From NCBI GenBank assembly GCA_963664705.1, contig OY761556.1:5504001-5568000 (forward strand): 64,000 bases of DNA. The letters run 5' to 3'. Below are positions 42,318 to 51,392 of this stretch, piece after piece. Position numbers and translations under genes: made by a program. Positions within the stretch are counted from its first letter, which is position 1. Every line of letters begins with the position of its first letter. The notes under the pieces are model-generated. The model was given only the letters and a program-made list of their open reading frames with translations, did not search any database and was not told the origin of the DNA. The stretch comes from Acidobacteriota bacterium (GTDB lineage Bacteria > Acidobacteriota > UBA6911).

Positions 42318-42467
42318 GAGCCAGAAGTCAGGAGTCGGGAAAAGTTGAGCCTAACCTTTTTACTCAGTGTTCCCGATTATCTGTATTGGTATTATGAATG
42401 TAGTCTGAATGCTGGAGGCGGCGTTGATCGGTTGCTTCTGACTCTGACTCCTGATTTCTGACTTCTG
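42318..42467. repeat. Heptamer-microrepeat inverted pair between nrdJ and malQ
   Basis: gagccagaagtcaggagtcggg ... ttctgactctgactcctgatttctgacttctg. Confidence 0.65.
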
Positions 42468-42472
42468 CCTTT

Positions 42473-43930
42473 ATGAGAAAAAGCGGAATTTTGCTGCACC
42501 CCACTTCGCTGCCCGGCGAATTGGGTGTCGGTGATCTGGGGAAATGGGCTTACCGTTTTGTCGACTTCCTGGCGGACAGTGGACAGAAACTCTGGCAGAT
42601 TCTGCCGCTTGGCCCGCCGGGCATGGGATACTCCCCTTACCAGGCCTATTCCAGCCATGCCGGTAACCCGTTGTTGATCAGTATTCCGCCCCTGATAGAG
42701 CAGGATCTGCTGCCACCGGAAGTGTTACAGAACCTTCCGCCGCGACCCGACTCCAAAGTCGATTTTGATGCCGTTATTCCCTTCAAAGAGAAGATTCTAA
42801 AGCAGGCTGCCCGCAATTTTTTCTCAGGGAAAGGCATTGCCTGGCAACGCGAGTTTGCCGAATTCTGCGCGCAAGCCTGTTCATGGTTGGATCCCTATGC
42901 GGAATTTTCCGCTTTGAAGCGGGCCAATTTCGGAGTTGCCTGGACACAATGGGATTCCGCAATAAAATCCGATCCTCAGGACGAACTGGATGAGAAGTTT
43001 ATCCAGTTCCTGTTTTTCCGGCAGTGGACTTCGCTGAAGAGGTACTGCAACGATCGGGGCATTGCCATAATCGGAGACATTCCCATCTTCATTGCGCATG
43101 ACAGTTCCGATGTGCGAGCCAACCCTGGATTGTTCGATCTGGATGAAGAGTACAATCCGAGAAATGTCGCCGGTGTTCCCCCGGACTATTTTAGTAAAAC
43201 CGGTCAGCGTTGGGGCAATCCTCTATACCGCTGGGAAGCGATGGAAAAAACCGGCTTCCGCTGGTGGATCGGCCGTATCGAATCCATGCTGAATATGGTG
43301 GATGTAATTCGCCTGGATCACTTCCGCGGATTTGAAAAATTCTGGGAAATTCCGGCTGAATCAGAAACGGCCGTGGGCGGCCACTGGGTGGAGGGTCCCG
43401 GCGATCGCCTGTTCAAGGCCCTCTCCGAAGCGCTGGGAACGCTGCCCTTCATTGCGGAGGATCTGGGGTATATCACTCCGGAGGTGCATCAATTGCGGGA
43501 TCGCTGGGGCTTTCCCGGTATGCGGGTCCTGCAGTTCGCGTTCGGTGACGAATCGCGGGATAATCCGCACAAGCCCTATAATTATGTTCAGAATTGTGTC
43601 GCCTATACCGGCACGCATGATAACGATACCACCGGCGGATGGTTTGCCTCCCAAAGCAGCCAGTTGCGCTACGAACAGGAAAACGCGTTGAGATACATGG
43701 GAAGCGACGGCAGAGACCCGGTGTCGGATTTGATCCGGCTACTCATGGCGTCGGTTGCCGATACCGTGATTGTCCCGATGCAGGATTACCTGGGGCTGGG
43801 TACGGAAGCGCGCATGAATGTGCCGGCGACAACAGGAAACAACTGGAATTGGCGCATGCGCGAAGATCAACTGCGTCCCGATCTCGCAGCCAGACTGCGA
43901 GAGCTAAACCGCACCTACGGCCGCTCCTGA
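42473..43930 (+). CDS. malQ: 4-alpha-glucanotransferase (GH77)
   Basis: GILLHPTSLP, AGVPPDYFS, RLDHFRGF, AEDLG, YTGTHDNDT. Confidence 0.97.
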   Translation: MRKSGILLHPTSLPGELGVGDLGKWAYRFVDFLADSGQKLWQILPLGPPGMGYSPYQAYSSHAGNPLLISIPPLIEQDLLPPEVLQNLPPRPDSKVDFDAVIPFKEKILKQAARNFFSGKGIAWQREFAEFCAQACSWLDPYAEFSALKRANFGVAWTQWDSAIKSDPQDELDEKFIQFLFFRQWTSLKRYCNDRGIAIIGDIPIFIAHDSSDVRANPGLFDLDEEYNPRNVAGVPPDYFSKTGQRWGNPLYRWEAMEKTGFRWWIGRIESMLNMVDVIRLDHFRGFEKFWEIPAESETAVGGHWVEGPGDRLFKALSEALGTLPFIAEDLGYITPEVHQLRDRWGFPGMRVLQFAFGDESRDNPHKPYNYVQNCVAYTGTHDNDTTGGWFASQSSQLRYEQENALRYMGSDGRDPVSDLIRLLMASVADTVIVPMQDYLGLGTEARMNVPATTGNNWNWRMREDQLRPDLAARLRELNRTYGRS

Positions 43931-43984
43931 CTTCTGTCTCCTGCTACTAATACACCGGGAAACACAACTCTCGATATTTCGGGA

Positions 43985-45317
43985 TCAAATCAGGTCCCAT
44001 AAATAAATGGTGTTGATTAGTTTTTATGTTTGAACCGCGAAGACCTCGAAGACCGCAAAGATTTATTGGCTCATTTTGCGGTGGGAAAGAAGTTGCGCAT
44101 CATATTGTCGATTCAGCGGTGGCAATCCATACAGCGCCAGATTGCTGGAGGCCGTTTCTCGGCGGTGCCTGATCTGGCGAGAACGATAACCGTAAAACCT
44201 GAAAAAATATTTTCCTTCGCGGTCTTCGAGGTCTTGGCGGTTAATGGGATTACTAATTCGGTCAAGTCAGAAAAAATATTTTCCTTCGTGCCTTGCGCTG
44301 CTAATACACCGGGAAACACAACTCTCGATATTTCGGGATCAAATCAGGTCCCATAAATAAATGGTGTTGATTAGTTTTTATGTTTGAACCGCGAAGACCT
44401 CGAAGACCGCAAAGATCTTTTGGCTCATTTTGCGGTGGGAAAGAAGTTGCGCATCATATTGTCGATTCAGCGGTGGCAATCCATACAGCGCCAGATTGCT
44501 GGAGGCCGTTTCTCGGCGGTGCCTGATCTGGCGAGAACGATAACCGTAAAACCTGAAAAAATATTTTCCTTCGCGGTCTTCGAGGTCTTGGCGGTTAATG
44601 GGATTACTAATTCGGTCAAGTCAGGTGCCTTGCGCTGCTAATACACCGGGAAACACAACTCTCGATATTTCGGGATCAAATCAGGTCCCATAAATAAATG
44701 GTGTTGATTAGTTTTTATGTTTGAACCGCGAAGACCTCGAAGACCTCGAAGACCGCAAAGATCTTTTGGCTCATTTTGCGGTGGGAAAGAAGTTGCGCAT
44801 CATATTGTCGATTCAGCGGTGGCAATCCATACAGCGCCAGATTGCTGGAGGCCGTTTCTCAGCGGTGCCTGATCTGGCGAGAACGATAACCGTAAAACCT
44901 GAAAAAATATTTTCCTTCGCGGTCTTCGAGGTCTTGGCGGTTAATGGGATTACTAATTCGGTCAAGTCAGGTGCCTTGCGCTGCTAATACACCGGGAAAC
45001 ACAACTCTCGATATTTCGGGATCAAATCAGGTCCCATAAATAAATGGTGTTGATTAGTTTTTATGTTTGAACCGCGAAGACCTCGAAGACCTCGAAGACC
45101 GCAAAGATCTTTTGGCTCATTTTGCGGTGGGAAAGAAGTTGCGCATCATATTGTCGATTCAGCGGTGGCAATCCATACAGCGCCAGATTGCTGGAGGCCG
45201 TTTCTCAGCGGTGCCTGATCTGGCGAGAACGATAACCGTAAAACCTGAAAAAATATTTTCCTTCGCGGTCTTCGAGGTCTTGGCGGTTAATGGGATTACT
45301 AATTCGGTCAAGTCAGG
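43985..45317 (+). mobile_element. Miniature inverted-repeat element copies B1-B4 (43985-44288, 44339-44625, 44676-44971, 45022-45317)
   Basis: Each copy has aaccgcgaagacctcgaagaccgcaaag ... cttcgcggtcttcgaggtcttggcggtt and ends tcggtcaagtcag(g); homologous to copy A. Confidence 0.85.
44086..44189 (+). pseudogene. GxxExxY gene remnant (repeated at 44440-44543, 44786-44889 and 45132-45235)
   Basis: KEVAHHIVDSAVAIHTAP, then a frameshift to (G)LLEAVS(R/Q)RCL, fused to IWRER*; resembles the recalled pattern IVD-A--IH--LGPGLLESVY--CL. Confidence 0.75.
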
Positions 45318-45329
45318 TGCCTCGCGCTG

Positions 45330-46250
45330 CTAATACACCGGGAAACACAACTCTCGATATTTCGGGACACGACCCTTGACTACATCGAAGTATAGAGTGC
45401 GCAGCTTGCCTGTGATCGGCCCCATCTGTCCGGATCCGATCGGTCGATGATCGACCTTCGTAATCGCCGCTATCTGGACGCCGGTTCCACAGAAGAAGAT
45501 CTCATCCGCCAGGTAGATTTCGGTTCGATCGATAGGCCGCTCCACCACCTCAACACCCAGTTCATCGCGAAGGAGCATCATAACCGTTCGTCGGGTGATC
45601 CCTTCAAGAATGTTGTCTGTAACGGGTGGTGTGCACACAACTCCCTTGCGGACCATGAAGAAATTCTCCGCGGACCCCTCGGCTACATGCCCGTCCTGAT
45701 TCAAAACGATGGCTTCGTCATACCCTGATCGCTGCGCATCGGTTTTGACAAAGGCCGAGTTTACATAGGATCCGGCGATCTTGCCGCGTGCGGGGATCAT
45801 ATTGTCATCGATGCGCCTCCAGGAGGATATCGTGACGTGGCTCCCTTCTTCATTTTCCACGTAGGATCCAAAGGGGATCGCTATCATCGATATTTCCGGA
45901 TGGAGATCGTGGAGACGGACTCCAATGATTTCATCCGAGAAGTAAGCGATTGGCCGGATGTAGCAGTCGGTGCGGTAGTTTTCTGCCTTGATCAGATCCG
46001 CGAGATAACCCGTGAGCTGAGCTTCCGAATAGGGGAACTGCATTAACAACAGCTTTGCAGATTCCAGGAAACGACGGAAATGGTCCTGCGGCCTGAAAAG
46101 GAATAGCTGGTTTTCCGCTTCATTCCAGTATCCACGCAAACCGCCGAATACACCCGTTCCATAGTTAAGAGTATGGGTCAGAACACCAATTTTAGCTTCG
46201 CTATATGGAACAATCCGCCCTTTGAAAAATGCAAAATGAGGCAGAGTCAT
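45330..46250 (-). CDS. ilvE: Branched-chain amino acid aminotransferase
   Basis: LNYGTGVFGGLR, KIAGSYVNS, EGSAENFF, ILEGITR; ATG at 46250 follows the SD aaggagg. Confidence 0.95.
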   Translation of the reverse strand: MTLPHFAFFKGRIVPYSEAKIGVLTHTLNYGTGVFGGLRGYWNEAENQLFLFRPQDHFRRFLESAKLLLMQFPYSEAQLTGYLADLIKAENYRTDCYIRPIAYFSDEIIGVRLHDLHPEISMIAIPFGSYVENEEGSHVTISSWRRIDDNMIPARGKIAGSYVNSAFVKTDAQRSGYDEAIVLNQDGHVAEGSAENFFMVRKGVVCTPPVTDNILEGITRRTVMMLLRDELGVEVVERPIDRTEIYLADEIFFCGTGVQIAAITKVDHRPIGSGQMGPITGKLRTLYFDVVKGRVPKYRELCFPVY

Positions 46251-46375
46251 TGAACATCCTCCTTCGTCCACACCGGCTAATGCACAGGGGTGTAACGGCT
46301 ATCATACCACGTATCGTCGAAACGCTGTTATTGGTTAACTTGGAGTGACGTGTTTGCCGGTCCCGCTTTGGATCC

Positions 46376-46390
46376 TATAATGCATATATG
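46376..46390 (+). promoter_or_regulatory. -10 box directly before the ATG (leaderless msrB)
   Basis: TATAAT-gcatat-ATG, no SD. Confidence 0.65.
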
Positions 46391-46789
46391 ACAGAGAAAA
46401 AAATCAAAACAAACGAAGAATGGAAGAATGAACTGAATCCGGAACAGTACCGGATTACCCGCGAGAAGGGAACGGAGCGGGCCTTCACCGGCGAATACTG
46501 GGACAACCATGAACAGGGCCTCTATCGCTGCGCCTGTTGTGGCACTGAACTGTTTGATTCGAACAGCAAGTATGACTCAGGTTCAGGTTGGCCGAGCTTT
46601 TTTGCGCCGGTATCCGAAGCGGCGATTCGTCAGGAAGAGGATCACAGCCACGGGATGGAGAGAATAGAGGCGCTTTGCTCTCATTGTGATGCACACCTTG
46701 GGCATGTGTTTCCGGACGGACCCAAGCCGACGGGCCTGCGCTATTGTGTCAACTCCGCTTCACTCAAATTTACGAAGAAGGCTATCTAG
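46388..46789 (+). CDS. msrB: Peptide methionine-R-sulfoxide reductase
   Basis: [29 protein letters not shown]. Confidence 0.98.
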   Translation: MTEKKIKTNEEWKNELNPEQYRITREKGTERAFTGEYWDNHEQGLYRCACCGTELFDSNSKYDSGSGWPSFFAPVSEAAIRQEEDHSHGMERIEALCSHCDAHLGHVFPDGPKPTGLRYCVNSASLKFTKKAI

Positions 46790-46800
46790 AGGATTCCCGG

Positions 46801-47580
46801 CTACTGTGGAAGCGGCTCAAACTGAATGCTTGTTTTTGCGGCAAACCGCTTGTACTCGGAATATGTGATGGTTTCTTCAATATGAACGGTATCTGAATCA
46901 AAGTGCAGTCTGCTTTCCGCGTGCGTCCAGACAGGAAACCAGAATTGCTTGTCCACCATCTGGCGGATGGTTTCAAACTCGGGGAACTGCTCGCCCCCCT
47001 TTTTCTGGGGTACCGGCTTTCCCAGGGTACGCACAATCTGCAGGTCTCGATCGTCCACGTATATCCGTCCCTGGAAATACAATCGCTTGCCCTTGATACT
47101 CTTGGGTTTTACGGAAAAGACATAGCAGTTCAATTCATCCACTTTCTCCCTGCCTTCATACTGCAAATCGTACAAAGGCAACTCCTTTTCCGTCAGCGCG
47201 AATGGCTGCAGGTCATTGATGACCTCTTCGTCGTTCATTGTGTAGACAACGCTGTGCAGGTTTCCCGCCCGGCGCTTGACCTGCACCTCGCGCGAGCCAT
47301 CATCCTTAAAGACAATATCGGAAATCGTCGTCATGCTTTCGCGCTTGGGTACGCCGTTCACGTCATTGATTTTAACCTCGGCCACCTGGTGATAGGTGTA
47401 CTGCATCCAGGCCTCGTAGGCCTCGGTTTCCTTGGCCGAGAATTTCTTGATGATTTCCTCCTGGGGCAGATCCTTGGACGGGACATTCGTCGCGGTCTGC
47501 GTTTGGCCGGGGGGCTGCGTCTGAGCCCACGCAATTCCTGCAAATAGCAACAGCGTTATAAAAAGCTTCCAATGCATCAT
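46801..47580 (-). CDS. Exported beta-rich protein (LolA/lipoprotein-sorting-like fold, tentative)
   Basis: Signal peptide ending AWA; CYVFSVKP...YFQGRIYVDDRDLQIV, WFPV. Confidence 0.6.
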   Translation of the reverse strand: MMHWKLFITLLLFAGIAWAQTQPPGQTQTATNVPSKDLPQEEIIKKFSAKETEAYEAWMQYTYHQVAEVKINDVNGVPKRESMTTISDIVFKDDGSREVQVKRRAGNLHSVVYTMNDEEVINDLQPFALTEKELPLYDLQYEGREKVDELNCYVFSVKPKSIKGKRLYFQGRIYVDDRDLQIVRTLGKPVPQKKGGEQFPEFETIRQMVDKQFWFPVWTHAESRLHFDSDTVHIEETITYSEYKRFAAKTSIQFEPLPQ

Positions 47581-47748
47581 TTTCACCACACAGCTCCATA
47601 TGCAAAGACACAAACCATCCGTGAATGTTTCAATAAATTACCACCCTGACCGGGTAATCGTCCCTCACGCATTCCCGAAATCGGCGGCGGATCCGCAGAC
47701 CGCTCTTCGCCGCGTATTTCATTAATTTATCATGATACAATCTTAGCG

Positions 47749-48747
47749 ATGTGGCGCAAATGGCTTGCCTTCACAGCGTTAACCCTCTTGATAACCGCCT
47801 CCGGCCGGTCTGGGGGCCAGGGAAGCTCCGATTTTTCCGTCTCAGTCAACCTGATCAAGGTCCCCATCAGCGTATTTGATAGTGCGGGAAATATCATCTC
47901 GCCTCTTCAGCGGGAGAATTTTCGCATATGGGAAGATCGGGCGCCTCAGGAAATACGCAGCTTTGGCATGGATACCAATCCGGTTTCGGTTGTTCTGCTC
48001 CTGGATACCTCGGAGAGCGAAAAGTCGGAGCTCAAGAAGATCCGCGAGGCGGCGGAAGACTTCATCAAGGCGCTCTCGCGTGGGGATCGCGTTTCCTTGA
48101 TAACTTTTGACGATGAAATCAAGCTGCTGCAGGATTGGACAGACGACCTGAAGAAAGCACGGAGAGCATTGGGCCGGATGAAACCTGGACTCCGGACTGC
48201 GCTTTACGATGCGATGTATGTTGCCGCAAAAGAACAGCTTGCGGGAGTGGACGGAAGGAAAGCCATCATTCTTCTGACCGACTGCCTCAACAACCAAAGC
48301 AGCATTGATTTCGATGACGCGGCGCTGACCGTCATGCAATCCCAGGCTTCTCTTTACGTGGTTTCAAAAACAATTATGGTACGGGAGCAGGCCAGGCATG
48401 ATCGACGGGTGGTGATGCTCACCGACATATACAAGCGCCTGTTTGGATCCGACGGCGACTATATCGAGGAGTTTTTCCAAAAAAGAGAATCCGAGATGAC
48501 CAGTCTGGCCGAGCGGACCGGAGGCAGATGCTTTTTCCCTGTGGACTACGACCAGATCAAGGGAGTGTATTCGGAAGTAGCCCGTGAATTGAAGAGCCAG
48601 CACTTTATTACCTATGTCTCCAACCAGAAAATGCTTCCCAATTCCTACCACCACATCACCGTCGAGTACCTCGAGCCCTTAAGCAAAGTCATCTATCGCC
48701 AGGGGTACTATTATCTGCCACGGCCGGTTCGCAAACCGCTGCCGTGA
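47749..48747 (+). CDS. Exported VWA-domain protein (acidobacterial type)
   Basis: VNLIKVPISV, LLLDTSES, TALYDA, RKAIILLTD, AERTGG; preceded by TGnTACAAT-N7-ATG. Confidence 0.88.
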   Translation: MWRKWLAFTALTLLITASGRSGGQGSSDFSVSVNLIKVPISVFDSAGNIISPLQRENFRIWEDRAPQEIRSFGMDTNPVSVVLLLDTSESEKSELKKIREAAEDFIKALSRGDRVSLITFDDEIKLLQDWTDDLKKARRALGRMKPGLRTALYDAMYVAAKEQLAGVDGRKAIILLTDCLNNQSSIDFDDAALTVMQSQASLYVVSKTIMVREQARHDRRVVMLTDIYKRLFGSDGDYIEEFFQKRESEMTSLAERTGGRCFFPVDYDQIKGVYSEVARELKSQHFITYVSNQKMLPNSYHHITVEYLEPLSKVIYRQGYYYLPRPVRKPLP

Positions 48748-48749
48748 TA

Positions 48750-48783
48750 AGAGAATTCCAGATTCCAGATTTCGGATTCCAGG
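48750..48783. repeat. Heptamer microrepeat tract
   Basis: gagaattccagattccagatttcggattccagga. Confidence 0.5.
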
Positions 48784-48833
48784 AACGCCGGCGATCCCAG
48801 TGAATCGGATATCCCCAGTCTTGCGCTCAGTTT

Positions 48834-49898
48834 TTGTTTTTCGTGCGGCTGTTTGCTACAGTATCCCTTTTTCAAAGGGGGATCGTCGTGCTGTCCCGGC
48901 TCTTTTATCAGTGGGAGTTGCGCCTGTCCAGGCGGGATACCAATCGAATAGTGCGTCCTTTTGAGTGGGGACTGGAATTTCTGCAGCAAAACGGACTGTC
49001 CGGGACTGATCCGAAAACCTTTCTTAAAAACTATGCAAAGAAGGCCGTCGAGGAGTGCTATTCGTATCATGCCTACGACCGCGTAGAGGACTATTCGCTG
49101 GAAGGGAACCATCTGACCTTCTCCACTCCCGTGCCTTCTGTTTATCCCAGGAACAATACGGTTCACGCCCATTTTTTTCCGGTGGATTCAGATAGGCGCG
49201 CGGTTCTGGTTTTGCCCCAGTGGAACGCCGACGCGCAAGGGCACATGTCGCTATGCCGCCTGCTGAATCATTTTGGTCTCTCTGCCTTGCGGCTCAGCTT
49301 GCCATACCATGATTTAAGAATGCCGGAAGAGCTGGTTCGGGCAGATTATATGCTGTCCGCAAATATTGGACGGACGCTGCAGGCCGTGCGGCAGGCGGTC
49401 ATTGATGCAAGGGCCGCGCTCGATTGGCTTGAATCACAGGGATATACCAGGCTGGCGATTCTCGGAACCAGCATCGGTTCCTGTGTGGCGCTGATTGCCA
49501 ACGCCGTGGATCCGAGGCTCAAGTTGAGCGTGCAGAACCATATTTCTCCCTACTTTGCGGATGTTGTGTGGAGAGGGATATCCACCCGGCATGTTCGCCA
49601 AGGCCTGGAGGGCAGCATTCCACTGGAGGATCTTCGCGAAATCTTTATGCCGATCAGCCCGAAGGCGTACTTCAAAAAACTAGCGGGGACCGGCAAAAAG
49701 ACCATGCTGGTCCACGCCCTGTACGACTACACATTTCCCGCGGACCTCTCGCAGGAGGTGCTGCAGGAGTTCAGGGACCTCCGTCTGCCGCACGCAACTT
49801 TTGCATTGCGCTGCGGACACTATACTTCCGGAGTTTTCCCTTTCAGCATAGTCCTCGGCTATGCCATGTGCAGATACATCCGCCAGGAGCTTCAATAA
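48834..49898 (+). CDS. Alpha/beta hydrolase (ABHD18-like)
   Basis: GTSIG nucleophile elbow, Asp (YDYTF), His (CGHY); true start may be the GTG near 48888. Confidence 0.8.
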   Translation: MFFVRLFATVSLFQRGIVVLSRLFYQWELRLSRRDTNRIVRPFEWGLEFLQQNGLSGTDPKTFLKNYAKKAVEECYSYHAYDRVEDYSLEGNHLTFSTPVPSVYPRNNTVHAHFFPVDSDRRAVLVLPQWNADAQGHMSLCRLLNHFGLSALRLSLPYHDLRMPEELVRADYMLSANIGRTLQAVRQAVIDARAALDWLESQGYTRLAILGTSIGSCVALIANAVDPRLKLSVQNHISPYFADVVWRGISTRHVRQGLEGSIPLEDLREIFMPISPKAYFKKLAGTGKKTMLVHALYDYTFPADLSQEVLQEFRDLRLPHATFALRCGHYTSGVFPFSIVLGYAMCRYIRQELQ

Positions 49899-49973
49899 AA
49901 ATCCCGCGAGATTTTTAGGGAGATCTCAGGATATTCAGTTGTTCGGCAATCAGGCGCGCGAGAACGACGAAGA

Positions 49974-49998
49974 CCTTCCAGGCTCAAAGCCTGGAAGG
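49974..49998 (-). terminator. Hairpin after the csp gene
   Basis: ccttccaggc-tcaaa-gcctggaagg. Confidence 0.55.
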
Positions 49999-50007
49999 GT
50001 AGAGGCC

Positions 50008-50223
50008 TTATTCGTTTTCTGCTTTGGTAACGTTTTCTGCCTGCAATCCTTTTGGACCTCTGGTTACCGAAAACGATACGGTTTCGCCTTCAGCCAAAGT
50101 CCTGAAACCGTTCATCTGAATTGCCGTGTGATGAACGAAAACGTCTCCACCGCTTCCTCTTTCGATGAAGCCATAGCCTTTGGCATTATTAAACCACTTT
50201 ACTTTCCCAGTCTCTTTTTCCAT
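50008..50223 (-). CDS. csp: Cold-shock protein
   Basis: [30 protein letters not shown]. Confidence 0.97.
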   Translation of the reverse strand: MEKETGKVKWFNNAKGYGFIERGSGGDVFVHHTAIQMNGFRTLAEGETVSFSVTRGPKGLQAENVTKAENE

Positions 50224-50414
50224 GTGAATTCTTCCTCTTTTGCCTCGAATCGAACGTTCCGGTCGAGTTGCGGGCGAGCAGGAAATGAAAAGGCCGCCAA
50301 GATTCTGGCGGCCTTCACCCGATCCGGACGTTTTGTATACTACTGAGTTAGAAGTTTGGATGTCAATGATAATGTTGATTATACGGAGGCCACGCAATCG
50401 ACGATATCAAACAT

Positions 50415-51143
50415 TCAATCCAAAAGATCCGTCTCCTGGGAGAGAACGGAAGGATCATTGGTCGCTGCAAGGTGGAACAGTTCCTTGTTTCCGAATTTCC
50501 GCAGCGTTTTGGCAAACAGCTCCATCAGCGGTTTCTGGGTCACATGCTCCCTGGACGCCGCTATCTTCTGCTCAATATAGGGTGAGACATCAATTGTTGC
50601 CGTGCACGGCGGAGGCGATACCGGGGGACGATTCGGGAGTACAAAGGATGCTGTGCAATAGTACAGTTTACGAACACGGTGAGGCGCAAGGCCATCATTT
50701 AACTGCTCCGGAAAGCAGTTGGAGCGTGCCGACCAATGAAAGGCCATGGTCGCAAAGATGGAAGCCATGGAGTGATCCGCATGTCCCGTGATCGCGCCCT
50801 CCGGGCCCATCGTCAGGATGATGTCCGGTTTGATTTCGCGAATGCGACGCGTCAGATCTCCTGCCACCGTGTAAAAATCGGCGTGCTTGAGAGCGCCGTC
50901 AGGGTAGTTCAGTACCTGTGCCTGTGTGACCTGGAGTACTTTGCAGGATGCAAAAAATTCCGCACGGCGAAGCTCCGCCAATTCCTCGTCTGTTTGGGCC
51001 GTGCCTCTATTGGTTGCCGCTTGGCCCGGGGTCAGACAGATTACAAAAGTCTCAACACCCCGTTCGTGGTACAGGAGCAGCGTTCCGCCAAAGGCGCCTA
51101 CTTCGTCATCCGGATGAGCCGTTATACCAAGTATCTTCGTCAT
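50415..51143 (-). CDS. PIG-L/LmbE-family deacetylase
   Basis: AHPDDE, RRAE, YPDG, GHADH. Confidence 0.92.
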   Translation of the reverse strand: MTKILGITAHPDDEVGAFGGTLLLYHERGVETFVICLTPGQAATNRGTAQTDEELAELRRAEFFASCKVLQVTQAQVLNYPDGALKHADFYTVAGDLTRRIREIKPDIILTMGPEGAITGHADHSMASIFATMAFHWSARSNCFPEQLNDGLAPHRVRKLYYCTASFVLPNRPPVSPPPCTATIDVSPYIEQKIAASREHVTQKPLMELFAKTLRKFGNKELFHLAATNDPSVLSQETDLLD

Positions 51144-51392
51144 ATAGAGGAGGGTAGCGCAGGATGAGGGCGGGATACAAGCAGGTTGGGGTTTGGCAGC
51201 GGCAGTTTCATTATTCCAGCAGGAAACCGGAAACGTACGGCATTCCTGTTCGTAAAGGGCTATGAAGATTTTGCGGGCAAGCGGGAAACCGGTCATTGGT
51301 GGTGCGCCTTTTTTCTACCATCGCTTCCGATTTGCAGGTACCCTGTGTACGTTGTCTTCTCCCGATGCGGAAATTCTGATTGAAAGGTTCGG

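Larger units (their letters stand above)
43947..45367. repeat. Tandem array of four ~337-354 bp units, each pairing a copy of the ilvE 3' end with the miniature element
   Basis: ctaatacaccgggaaacacaactctcgatatttcggga (38 bp, the ilvE 3' end) starts at 43947, 44301, 44638, 44984 and 45330; unit lengths are 354, 337, 346 and 346. Confidence 0.98.

Noticed and set aside
44030-45333. Four 85-108 aa ORFs (MNREDLEDRKD...)
   Set aside because: They have TTG starts with no SD and run through both inverted repeats; the protein-like signal (GxxExxY) is in other frames.
43947-45367. CRISPR array
   Set aside because: The period is ~340 bp, the intervening sequences are near-identical rather than unique spacers, the 38-bp 'repeat' is the ilvE 3' end, and no cas genes are present.
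51144-51392. Amino-acid or cobalamin riboswitch upstream of the APC permease
   Set aside because: Could not match the conserved aptamer cores by eye.
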